From positions 51,562 through 115,561 of the forward strand of contig CALBRH010000001.1 of NCBI GenBank assembly GCA_937899865.1: a stretch of DNA of 64,000 nt, in the 5' to 3' direction. This document shows positions 55,756 to 64,000 of this stretch, piece after piece. Made by a program: the position numbers and the translations under genes. Positions within the stretch are counted from its first letter, which is position 1; each line of letters starts with the position of its first letter. Source of the stretch: an uncultured euryarchaeote. GTDB lineage: Archaea > Thermoplasmatota > Poseidoniia > Poseidoniales > Poseidoniaceae. The notes beneath the pieces were generated by a model that was given only the letters and a program-made list of their open reading frames with translations, was not told the origin of the DNA and searched no databases.

Positions 55756-56412
55756 TTAGTACTCTCGCCATCCGTGACCGCATGCTTTGCAAGTCAACAT
55801 TCTGGTTTCAGGTTCATCAGATGAACGGGTTTGCTCAAGGTAGGCATACACCTCCGTAGAATCGCAAGACTTTCCATTCTTGAGTCTTTTAGAGCACATG
55901 TAGGTGTCTTTTGTCAGGATTCCTTGCATCTTGTCTGAATCTTTGATGACTTCATAATCTCGAGTTTTTACTTCGTCTTTTGATGTTAGGTCATCGAAAT
56001 CGATTTCCTTTCCATCTTTCTTGACTTTTGCTGCAGGACCGTTGTAGTTGCAATAAGGGTTCATACATGTTGAATATTTCACACCTTTTTTTTCGATTTC
56101 TTCTCCCATATCCACATTCTTAAATCTTGGTACAAGCTCGTCAAGTGCCAACCAATCATCATAATCTATTTGGTAATCAGTCTTTTTCGGCCTTAACGAA
56201 GTCCCTCCGGAGACAGGAGAATCTACTAAGGTAATCTCATCTTCTCTAGGAATTTTTCTAGAAAGGTCTTCGGGATTATAATCATCCATATTTGGTTTAT
56301 CATTTTCATAATCCTCACGAAATGGATTTATTGATGATTCAATTCTTGGATACACACTTTTCCCATCACCTTCACGAATGATGGCCATTTCTCCACAGCC
56401 GGGACAAAACAT
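55756..56412 (-). CDS. tfs: Transcription factor S (TFS/RpoM family) with intact acidic tip and large N-terminal insertion
   Basis: MFCPGC...CMNPYC N-terminal ribbon; C-terminal QTRSSDEPETRMLTCKACGHGWREY. Confidence 0.85.
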   Translation of the reverse strand: MFCPGCGEMAIIREGDGKSVYPRIESSINPFREDYENDKPNMDDYNPEDLSRKIPREDEITLVDSPVSGGTSLRPKKTDYQIDYDDWLALDELVPRFKNVDMGEEIEKKGVKYSTCMNPYCNYNGPAAKVKKDGKEIDFDDLTSKDEVKTRDYEVIKDSDKMQGILTKDTYMCSKRLKNGKSCDSTEVYAYLEQTRSSDEPETRMLTCKACGHGWREY

Positions 56413-56494
56413 GAGTAGACCAATTGCTTCCATTACATTAAATTATGCAAAAAACCATGATTTTCATCCGTCTTTCCAATATCTCTGTAACTAA

Positions 56495-56848
56495 TCAAAA
56501 TTCTCGCCATCCGTGACCACATTCCTTACAGGTTAGCATTTTTGCTGCAGTCTCTCCAAATTCCAGATTAGAATTAACATCAGAGTACACTTCAGTACAA
56601 GCGCACCTAGGGCATGTGTAGGCGCCCTTAGTCAATACTCCTTGAATTCTATCAGTATCTTTGATTGGAGTATAGTCTCTAATTTCAGGTTTTGTTTGAG
56701 TACGTATTTTCGAAATATCTATGTCATTACCAAATTCATCTTTGATAAATAAATTTGCAGGTCCTACATATCCACATTTGTAATTTGGGCAGACAATGGT
56801 GCCACTTGGATCAGGGGTCGCTAAAGAACCACATCTAGGGCAGAACAT
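56495..56848 (-). CDS. TFS paralog lacking the QTRSxDE catalytic hairpin
   Basis: MFCPRC-x12-CPNYKC; C-terminal CPRC...NSNLEFGETAAKMLTCKECGHGWREF. Confidence 0.8.
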   Translation of the reverse strand: MFCPRCGSLATPDPSGTIVCPNYKCGYVGPANLFIKDEFGNDIDISKIRTQTKPEIRDYTPIKDTDRIQGVLTKGAYTCPRCACTEVYSDVNSNLEFGETAAKMLTCKECGHGWREF

Positions 56849-56932
56849 AGATTTTCTTTGGTTCACTAGTTGATATATATTGCTGTATTAATCTAAATTA
56901 TTCTTGCGAGTATTCTCATAACGAAGCGGCAA

Positions 56933-57988
56933 TTGGTGGTAAGCGTGAAAACCTCGACCGTTTTGCCTTCAACTATGTGGCTATGGTATGATTGGCAGGC
57001 AGCAGCAGTTGCCGATGATGAAGGGTTCATCCATGACCAAGCAATTTGGGACGGGTTTTTCGACCAAAGAGCACTGATTGAAAGGCTACACTGCATCGCA
57101 AATGGTGGCTTAACACAAGAAGCAATGCTGTTACATGAGCGGTTTCCTGATGCAAAACCCCTGATTCACGGTGATGAAAAATTACCACAAGCTGATTGGC
57201 CTCTACCGTCTAACGAGGCACTTGAAGCAGCCGATAAAGCAGCGATTGAAATGACAAGGCAAGGAGTTGCTATGGCTGCAGGTGACCCCGATCGAAGGCT
57301 CGAGCATCTACTAAAGGCGAGTGATGAGATGCGCTCAACTTTCCTAACTATGGAAGCAAGATTAGTAGAATGGGTAGGGCTTTTTCTACCCGAAGCAAGG
57401 TTTGGTAAAGACCGCTCAAGTCTGCCAAAGGCGGTTGGAGAAGCAGACTCCCTTGCTACATTAGCAGATAATTTATCAGTTTCAACACCTGAATTAGGCC
57501 CATCAAAATCAGAATGGAAATCAATTCGTGAATGGGGTGAATCTACTGCAACTTTTAGAGGTAAATTAGATCGTTTGGAAAATGCAATTAGAGAATTATC
57601 AGAATCTCACTTGCCATCGTTATCTATTATGCTCGGTCCACTACTTGCTGCACGATTATGCGTTGAGGCTCACGGTAGGATGAGACTCGCTAGGCTACCG
57701 GCTGGAACAGTACAGGTTCTTGGTGCCGAAAAGGCATTCTTCAATCATCTGAAAACAGGTGCGCCACCGCCTAAACATGGTCACATTTTCATGCATCCAT
57801 GGATATCACGCTCTCCTAGATGGGTTAGAGGTAAGATTGCTCGAACTATTGCTGCTAAAGCCAGTATTGCCGCTAAGGTTGATGCTTTTGAGGGAGAACC
57901 ATGGACTCAAGCAATGGTCGATGAAATCGATAAGAAAATAGAAGAGCTCAAGGCTGCTAATCCTAAACCAAAACGCCGTCAAAGGTAG
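56933..57988 (+). CDS. nop5: Nop5 (Nop56/58) box C/D RNP protein
   Basis: Motifs PSLSIMLGPLLAARL, LARLPAGTVQVLGAEKAFF, PPKHGHIF, RGKIAR and AAKVD. Start uncertain (56933 or 56966). Confidence 0.9.
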   Translation: MVVSVKTSTVLPSTMWLWYDWQAAAVADDEGFIHDQAIWDGFFDQRALIERLHCIANGGLTQEAMLLHERFPDAKPLIHGDEKLPQADWPLPSNEALEAADKAAIEMTRQGVAMAAGDPDRRLEHLLKASDEMRSTFLTMEARLVEWVGLFLPEARFGKDRSSLPKAVGEADSLATLADNLSVSTPELGPSKSEWKSIREWGESTATFRGKLDRLENAIRELSESHLPSLSIMLGPLLAARLCVEAHGRMRLARLPAGTVQVLGAEKAFFNHLKTGAPPPKHGHIFMHPWISRSPRWVRGKIARTIAAKASIAAKVDAFEGEPWTQAMVDEIDKKIEELKAANPKPKRRQR

Positions 57989-57996
57989 GTGTTGAT

Positions 57997-58713
57997 TTGG
58001 GAAAAAACCGTGGCAATCGCTATGATATGCTGACTTGGGCAATTCGGCTTGAAGGTCGTGCATTATGGTCGGAAAATGCTAATGCTGGAACAGCAGTTTA
58101 TGGTGAAACATTACGCAAATTTGGTGGTATTGAATACCGACGTTGGGATCCCAGTCGCTCTAAGTTAGGCGCAGGAATAATGCGTACCAAGCGGGATAAA
58201 TCTCTACTCCTGCCCGAAGAAGGCTCAACAGTACTGTACTTGGGTGCAGGTCATGGCACATCAATCAGTCACTTACACGACCACTTGTGTGGTACTAATA
58301 ATGACCTTGGTGGCAGAATTATTGCAGTAGATTTAGCCCCGAGATGTCTTAGAGATTTGACTCATTTGGCTAAAACCAGACAGGGTTTAGTTCCAATACT
58401 TGGCGATGCTCGTAAACATGCTACATGGGGAGTGTTACTACCACGCAAGGTCGATTGGTTGTTCCAAGATGTGGCTCAATCGGGGCAAGTCGAGATTTTC
58501 ATTAGTGCATGCCGTCGTTTCCTCAATATTGGTGGTCTTGGCTTATTGTCTCTAAAGGCTGCAAGTGAGCGCTGGACCGGTGAAGGAGAGGAAGCATTGT
58601 TTGGTAAAGTAGAGCAGCAGTTGTTTGAAAATGGATTTGAGGTTGAAGAAAGTATCAAGTTAACCGGCTATGAAGATAACCATGTTCTTTTTGTGACTCG
58701 TCGTGTTGAGTAG
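57997..58713 (+). CDS. flpA: Fibrillarin-like rRNA 2'-O-methyltransferase
   Basis: Motifs VYGE, YRRWDPSRSKLGA, VLYLGAGHGTSISH, PILGDAR, FQDVAQ and LKAASE. Adjacent to nop5. Confidence 0.92.
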   Translation: MGKNRGNRYDMLTWAIRLEGRALWSENANAGTAVYGETLRKFGGIEYRRWDPSRSKLGAGIMRTKRDKSLLLPEEGSTVLYLGAGHGTSISHLHDHLCGTNNDLGGRIIAVDLAPRCLRDLTHLAKTRQGLVPILGDARKHATWGVLLPRKVDWLFQDVAQSGQVEIFISACRRFLNIGGLGLLSLKAASERWTGEGEEALFGKVEQQLFENGFEVEESIKLTGYEDNHVLFVTRRVE

Positions 58714-58716
58714 TTC

Positions 58717-59619
58717 ATGCCCGAGTTGCCAGAGGTTGAAACCGTCAAATCAGGTCTTGTAAAAGCCTGGACTGGTAAGACGATTGCTAAGGTAATTCTG
58801 CGTCGAGAAAACCTACGCTATCCATTTCCAGAAAATTTCGCTAAGCAACTTGAGGGGCAAACAATAACCGGAATTAGGAGGAGAGCAAAGTATCTGCTCA
58901 TAGATACTGATGGTGATTTAGTATTTCTTTCGCATTTAGGAATGTCAGGCAAATACACTATTTTTGACGCTGAGCAGGTCAGTCAACATGACCTCAGTGG
59001 TCCGGACAACAAGTCGGTATTTGGGGAAAAAACTGGCTTTGAGGGTCGCCATGACCACATGGAAATTCGATTTACTGACGGCTCGATTTCGGTTTATACC
59101 GATCCTCGCCGGTTTGGTATTGTCAAGTTATTTCATCGAGCCGAAGAGACAATTCAACCGCTACTTGAGGTATTAGGTCCAGAGCCATTTGATGATTGGA
59201 ATGCGCAAATCGCAGCAGATAGATGTCGAGGTAAACGCTCACCAATAAAGACCACATTACTTGACCAACGTTTCGTGGTTGGAGTCGGTAATATCTATGC
59301 TTGTGAAGCATTACACAATTCAGGAATTTCACCAACTAAGTTAGCAGCTAAGTTAGTCACTAAAAACGGCAAGCCGACCAAAGCACTTGAGAGATTAGTG
59401 AGTGAGGTCAAGATTGTTCTCAACAAAGCGATTGCTGCTGGGGGCTCAACGCTCAACGATTTTGCCGATGTTGATGGTAATTTAGGATATTTTTCCCATC
59501 ATTTCGCCATCTATGGTCGTGAAGATGAACCATGTCTAAAAGATGGTTGCGGAGGTACTGTTGAGCGAATAGTCCAATCTAATCGCTCGACCTTTTGGTG
59601 TCCAAGATGTCAGAAATAA
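58717..59619 (+). CDS. mutM: Formamidopyrimidine-DNA glycosylase (Fpg)
   Basis: Motifs MPELPEVE, RRAKYLL, HLGMSG, DPRRFG, LGPEP, GVGNIYACEAL, GGSTL and a C-terminal zinc finger (C..C...FWCPRCQ). Confidence 0.95.
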   Translation: MPELPEVETVKSGLVKAWTGKTIAKVILRRENLRYPFPENFAKQLEGQTITGIRRRAKYLLIDTDGDLVFLSHLGMSGKYTIFDAEQVSQHDLSGPDNKSVFGEKTGFEGRHDHMEIRFTDGSISVYTDPRRFGIVKLFHRAEETIQPLLEVLGPEPFDDWNAQIAADRCRGKRSPIKTTLLDQRFVVGVGNIYACEALHNSGISPTKLAAKLVTKNGKPTKALERLVSEVKIVLNKAIAAGGSTLNDFADVDGNLGYFSHHFAIYGREDEPCLKDGCGGTVERIVQSNRSTFWCPRCQK

Positions 59620-60246
59620 TTACACAAGTGTGAACATTACTGAGGCAGCAAATAGCCATAATGCAACTGCGGTAATTCGATAGATAAGCACGCCTTTGGC
59701 ACGCAACCAGTCAACCGCACCAGTTCCTGTCAAGGCTAATGCGACAATAAGGTACCAACCCATATCGATACTCATACCAAGTAAACCAATGGCTAACTTA
59801 GTTCCCATACCCATTCCAGGTTCGAGTACTTGTGCTAGAACTGCGACTAAAAACAGGGCAATTTTTGGGTTAAAGAAGGCGATAGAGAATCCTTCAATGA
59901 AACCTTGACGCCTTATTTTACTATCATCAATTTCCGATTTATCATCAAGATTGACATCATCATTCCACATCAAGTAGCCATACCAAATTAGTAATCCTAC
60001 ACCAATTAGTTGTAAAATCAAGAAAGCATCTGGCGCATTTTCAAGAAGCACAATAAGGCCAAAAACCGCACTGCCCGCATAGATACCAAAACCAATTCCG
60101 TGGCCTATGGCACAGGCTACGCCTTGTGATCTACCTCCAACAATAGTATTCCTAATTACTACCATGACGCTTGGCCCAGGTGAAATTGCTCCAAGGAAAA
60201 AGAAGGTGCCTGCGGCAAGAATTGCTTCCCATGCCAGTCCCTCCAT
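59620..60246 (-). CDS. LysE/RhtB-family translocator
   Basis: Motifs ISPGPS, GVACAIG, GFSIAFFNPK; multiple TM helices. Confidence 0.9.
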   Translation of the reverse strand: MEGLAWEAILAAGTFFFLGAISPGPSVMVVIRNTIVGGRSQGVACAIGHGIGFGIYAGSAVFGLIVLLENAPDAFLILQLIGVGLLIWYGYLMWNDDVNLDDKSEIDDSKIRRQGFIEGFSIAFFNPKIALFLVAVLAQVLEPGMGMGTKLAIGLLGMSIDMGWYLIVALALTGTGAVDWLRAKGVLIYRITAVALWLFAASVMFTLV

Positions 60247-60282
60247 AAAGGGTGGATGTAGTCTATTGAATCAATACTTCCG

Positions 60283-60459
60283 TTAGAAACCGTACAGCAT
60301 GAATGTTCCACGGCCTTCTTGTAGCCGCAAAGCCGTTTCAAGTGATGCTCGCATAATGTCATTACGAATTTCGATTTGACTTCTTACTCGTTCTAGCGCT
60401 CTCTCAAAGGTGACCTTAGGAGGCGCCTTGCTGGCGGTTTTGTCTGGTTGGCTCTCCAT
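60283..60459 (-). CDS. Small 58-aa hypothetical protein, absent from the ORF track
   Basis: Hand translation gives MESQPDKTASKAPPKVTFERALERVRSQIEIRNDIMRASLETALRLQEGRGTFMLYGF*. A GAGGTTGA RBS-like motif lies upstream and the ORF fills an otherwise empty gap. Confidence 0.55.
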   Translation of the reverse strand: MESQPDKTASKAPPKVTFERALERVRSQIEIRNDIMRASLETALRLQEGRGTFMLYGF

Positions 60460-60562
60460 GACAATCCATCAACCTCTAAGGTAATAAAGGTATGGTTTTC
60501 GGAGCATTACAATAATTTACTACCGTTTTACGGTAAATTTTGTGAAAAAATAGGAGAAAAAG

Positions 60563-62404
60563 TCAAAATTCTATTATTATTTCATGTGAATTTTCAAACT
60601 CAATTGTATATGAAATTGTATCTTCGAGAACAGTATAATTAACAGATGTAATCGTATTTTCTAGATTGATTACCGTATTGAATTCTATGTCTTTACCATC
60701 AATATAGTAGGAGATGGCATTGATTGGACTGACCTCATTGAAAGTAGTTGATTGCCAACCCATTATTGGATCAGTAGTGCCATTGAAAGTTGCAAAGGCA
60801 GAAATTTGATTCAATTGTTCTAGAGTAACATTAGTGTCATCAATATTGCTAGAAAGGTTCAGATTACCATTTTGGTCATAGTTAAAATCAACATCAGGGC
60901 CAATATTGAATATTTGCGAATAAGAATGATGCGTAGGTGATTCACATCTATCATGAATGTATGCTGCCCCATTATTGAAAATAAAGGCGGTTCTGGTGAT
61001 CTTGACATCATCGAACAAAGTATGGCTAGCCCGCACATAGCTGTAGTTCTCAGTTATTGCAAATGATTCAATTTGTGGATTACCAATGAAATCGTCATTA
61101 CGGAAATTGTAGGTTTGATTATCAACTGAAATAGTATTGTGTGAAAAGACACTTCGAATGAACGCCCGGTAAGGGTCGCTTTCAACAAAGTTGTACTTTC
61201 CAGTATCAATAAAATAGTCAGTTTCTCCATAACTCAAAACAAATGATAAATCATCACTATGCTTGTGAACAGTAGAATGAAAAGCATTGAACAAGGCAAA
61301 GTAGATTGGAGTTTGATTTTCCCAATCATTTTTGAAAATCGCTACTCCTGCATCATCATATACAATGCTATTTGAGCCAATTTCGACACCTTGCTGGCCA
61401 TTGGTTATCTCGAATAACAAATGTTCATTGGTGACTACATCCTGAGATATTGATAGAACTCTATCATCAAAAGAATCTCCAACCATTGGTACAGTACCAT
61501 CCGGTTTAGCAATATGAACCAAATATTCTTGCATATTGTAAACTAAATCGCTTATTGCTTGATTTTCAATATCGTAGTGTTGATTGAATAGATTGACATC
61601 AATGAACAATTTCATTACAAGATAATGGTAAGCAGGACTGTGTTCTTTATGGACACCTGATGCCGTTACTCCATTTTCAATATGTTCGGACAGTCTCTGG
61701 TTGGCAATGTCTGTCCAGTCTTGACTGTCTTTGAATATTGGAAACATTCCAGCAAGTTGTAATAATGCCCTATCTTGGTAAATTCCATGATTGTGATTCC
61801 AAAAATAATTGTCGGGATTAGCCGTGAATTCGCCATGCTTTCGCAACATATTGAGCAATTCAATTGCAAATTCTTCGTCAAAAATCTCAGAGTTCCTGTA
61901 GTAGTTCCAGAAGTACATAAATGTCGAAATTCGGTTAGCTGTGCTGTGGTCATCCCATGCCCTCTCAGATGCTTGGTTGTTTGGATTTGGGTTATGCTCC
62001 ATCCAACTTTCAATAAACCACTGTGCTTTTTCTAAGAAAGTCAAATTCGACGAAATCTCGTAGGCATTCATAAGATGGCTAACCATCCTCAAACTGTGGA
62101 AATAGAATTGCCAAGTCCAATCACCAAAAGGATCTTCATCCCATTCTAAATCTCCATCAAAAACAAAAGGCTCCCAAAATCTCATGATAAACATTGAATT
62201 ATTTTCCACCAAATCGGTTGCCCATTTTACTGAGTTACTGCCCGGAGTGGTACGCTTAACAAATACGTGAGAATCTTTAGACTCCCATACTTCATTGGCC
62301 TCATTAATATCATAATCGATGAATGTATCATAATTATTGATGAATGGATAGGCCATTGAAAAGACTACGATACCAGTTAAAATTAGTGATGTAAGTCGAT
62401 TCAC
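60563..62404 (-). CDS. Heparinase II/III-family (polysaccharide lyase-like) protein with N-terminal anchor
   Basis: Motifs WDDHSTANR, HNHGIYQDRAL, HKEHSPAYH, PDGTVPMVGDS, HKHSDDLSF, IDTGKY and SHNTISVD. Confidence 0.8.
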   Translation of the reverse strand: MNRLTSLILTGIVVFSMAYPFINNYDTFIDYDINEANEVWESKDSHVFVKRTTPGSNSVKWATDLVENNSMFIMRFWEPFVFDGDLEWDEDPFGDWTWQFYFHSLRMVSHLMNAYEISSNLTFLEKAQWFIESWMEHNPNPNNQASERAWDDHSTANRISTFMYFWNYYRNSEIFDEEFAIELLNMLRKHGEFTANPDNYFWNHNHGIYQDRALLQLAGMFPIFKDSQDWTDIANQRLSEHIENGVTASGVHKEHSPAYHYLVMKLFIDVNLFNQHYDIENQAISDLVYNMQEYLVHIAKPDGTVPMVGDSFDDRVLSISQDVVTNEHLLFEITNGQQGVEIGSNSIVYDDAGVAIFKNDWENQTPIYFALFNAFHSTVHKHSDDLSFVLSYGETDYFIDTGKYNFVESDPYRAFIRSVFSHNTISVDNQTYNFRNDDFIGNPQIESFAITENYSYVRASHTLFDDVKITRTAFIFNNGAAYIHDRCESPTHHSYSQIFNIGPDVDFNYDQNGNLNLSSNIDDTNVTLEQLNQISAFATFNGTTDPIMGWQSTTFNEVSPINAISYYIDGKDIEFNTVINLENTITSVNYTVLEDTISYTIEFENSHEIIIEF

Positions 62405-62443
62405 AACAAGTTGTTGATAGCGTATTATTTTATTCTATCTTGC

Positions 62444-63730
62444 TTAAGCAATCGTAGACTTAGTTTGCAAGTTACTATGGTTGATACTCGGCGTATTTTT
62501 TTGTTTGCTGCGATAGAATGTGAAAGAGTGAGGCCCAGGTAGATGTGGTCGTTTACGATTTGACTCAGTACCAGGTCCGAGCCTGATTAATCGGCCATTA
62601 TGATACCACTCATGATTGATTCGCTGATCTAAATTTGCGTTATTCTTAGCTCTTTTTGCAATTCTACGCCAGGTAAATGGTCGGCGTTTTTGCGATAATT
62701 TGTATCCCTCAACCGATGGAATAAGCATACCTATTCGGTTAATTTCCTTTCTTGCTTTATCCTCAGCCAAGATTTTTCGTTTAGACCTTTCTTGCAATGT
62801 TTTGAGGCCAAAACTATCGGCAATTGCTGCTTCTTTACGATTATCTGGCAGTTGCCATTTCTTTGCCCTGCGACGTACTTTGTCAAGGAATTTAGTTGGC
62901 TTTTTGGAGGTTTCAAACCAGCGATCTATTCGAAGCGTTGATTGTTTAGTAACCGACAAATCAAGTAAATCAAGTGCGGCTAATCCAGGGTTGACATGAT
63001 TGTAAGCACCAGTATCCATGGCTATCCATGCGGGCCTGTCATCTGATAAATTGAATTTTGAGCAAGCAATATCTCCACCTTTTGGTGCACCCAGTTTCAC
63101 AGTAGGTGTATGACCAAAGATTACGCAACGGGCAGGGTCGACCGGCTGGTCAAAGTTGTACCAGGTTTTTCGAATCCATAACAATTCTTTTTCACCTTGC
63201 GCATCGAGTGCCATCCGAGGGTCATATCCAGCATGTACTAGACGGAAATTATCCAAAACAATCTGTGTAGGCAGTTTGTCAATCCAGCGCATGTCACTAA
63301 GGAAATCACGCTTGGCTTGGTAAAGGTCACCTTCTGCTTGAACAATGTATGAGGCCCAGCATGATTTGCCACCTCGTTGCATCCAAGGTTGCCACAACTC
63401 TACTCGACCATCGTCAGTGATACTTTGTAGCGCCATATGTTCGTGATTGCCTTTGATACAGATTATTCTCTCATCACTGCGAATTAGCCTCATTACTCCG
63501 GCTGAATCTGGTCCTCGGTCAATCATATCTCCTAAGCAAACAACTCGGTCATCTGCACTAAGGTTTAGACGATGAATCAATGCTCTAAAGGTGGCTAAGT
63601 GACCGTGAACATCGCCGACGACATACACTTTGTTGCCATCATCGATACGCGACTGTAAGTCAGCCTCGAGCGAGAGGTCCCGGATTCCCGGTCCCAATGG
63701 GATGTTTAACTTGCAGGACAAATTTTGCAC
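62444..63730 (-). CDS. Calcineurin-like metallophosphoesterase (PPP/PrpA-like Ser/Thr phosphatase) with basic C-terminal extension
   Basis: Motifs GDVHG, LGDMIDRGPDS, KGNHE, VHAG, FGHT and DTG; K/R-rich tail. Confidence 0.85.
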   Translation of the reverse strand: MQNLSCKLNIPLGPGIRDLSLEADLQSRIDDGNKVYVVGDVHGHLATFRALIHRLNLSADDRVVCLGDMIDRGPDSAGVMRLIRSDERIICIKGNHEHMALQSITDDGRVELWQPWMQRGGKSCWASYIVQAEGDLYQAKRDFLSDMRWIDKLPTQIVLDNFRLVHAGYDPRMALDAQGEKELLWIRKTWYNFDQPVDPARCVIFGHTPTVKLGAPKGGDIACSKFNLSDDRPAWIAMDTGAYNHVNPGLAALDLLDLSVTKQSTLRIDRWFETSKKPTKFLDKVRRRAKKWQLPDNRKEAAIADSFGLKTLQERSKRKILAEDKARKEINRIGMLIPSVEGYKLSQKRRPFTWRRIAKRAKNNANLDQRINHEWYHNGRLIRLGPGTESNRKRPHLPGPHSFTFYRSKQKNTPSINHSNLQTKSTIA

Positions 63731-64000
63731 CAGAGAAGTTTTCTTCTCAGTCTATCCACTTTGCAGACATTAAGTAATCTTCGCCATATTTTCAAGACAA
63801 ATATGTCATTTTAGTTACTATTATTACTGTTGTCGTAGTTTAAAATTGAAATCTATTGCAGTTTGTTTTTTTACTTTAGACGACACCATCGACACATGGA
63901 AAAGAAATCAATTATAATATTCAATTCTGGTATAGTCTGGATAATGTTTAAGGCTGATTTAATGCTATTAATACACCCTTTAAATGGTAACTCAATAGGG

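Noticed and set aside
63870-64000. Open frames at the right window edge on both strands
   Set aside because: Too short and truncated to determine strand or product.

Overview
Gene-dense, AT-rich archaeal chromosome segment. The inferred source is Marine Group II Euryarchaeota (Ca. Poseidoniales), based on Orc1/Cdc6, PCNA, TFS, Nop5-fibrillarin, a SelB-like protein, a DUF3860-like protein, GGTGA/GAGGTG ribosome-binding sites and giant membrane-anchored surface proteins. It holds about 45 CDS, one tRNA-Gly(TCC), a roughly 290-nt structured ncRNA candidate with an SRP Alu-like 5' domain, and an ORB-containing candidate replication origin. The standout is a three-gene operon at 30623-41007: a FabI-type enoyl reductase, a 2937-aa type I PKS/FAS (KS-AT-degenerate ACP-KS-ACPx3-KR-DH) and an Sfp-type PPTase. 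This is a bacterial-style fatty-acid/polyketide megasynthase in an archaeon, and all three carrier domains have Thr instead of the canonical Ser at the phosphopantetheine site (GIDTVKQAE). Other oddities are tandem TFS paralogs (one lacks the catalytic Asp-Glu tip), a degenerate TBP-like gene, a THUMP-less ThiI, a bacterial-type MutM directly behind fibrillarin, a heparinase II/III-like lyase, and convergent genes whose stop codons abut with no spacer. No CRISPR array or transposase was seen. All family assignments are motif recognition by eye; no database searches were run.
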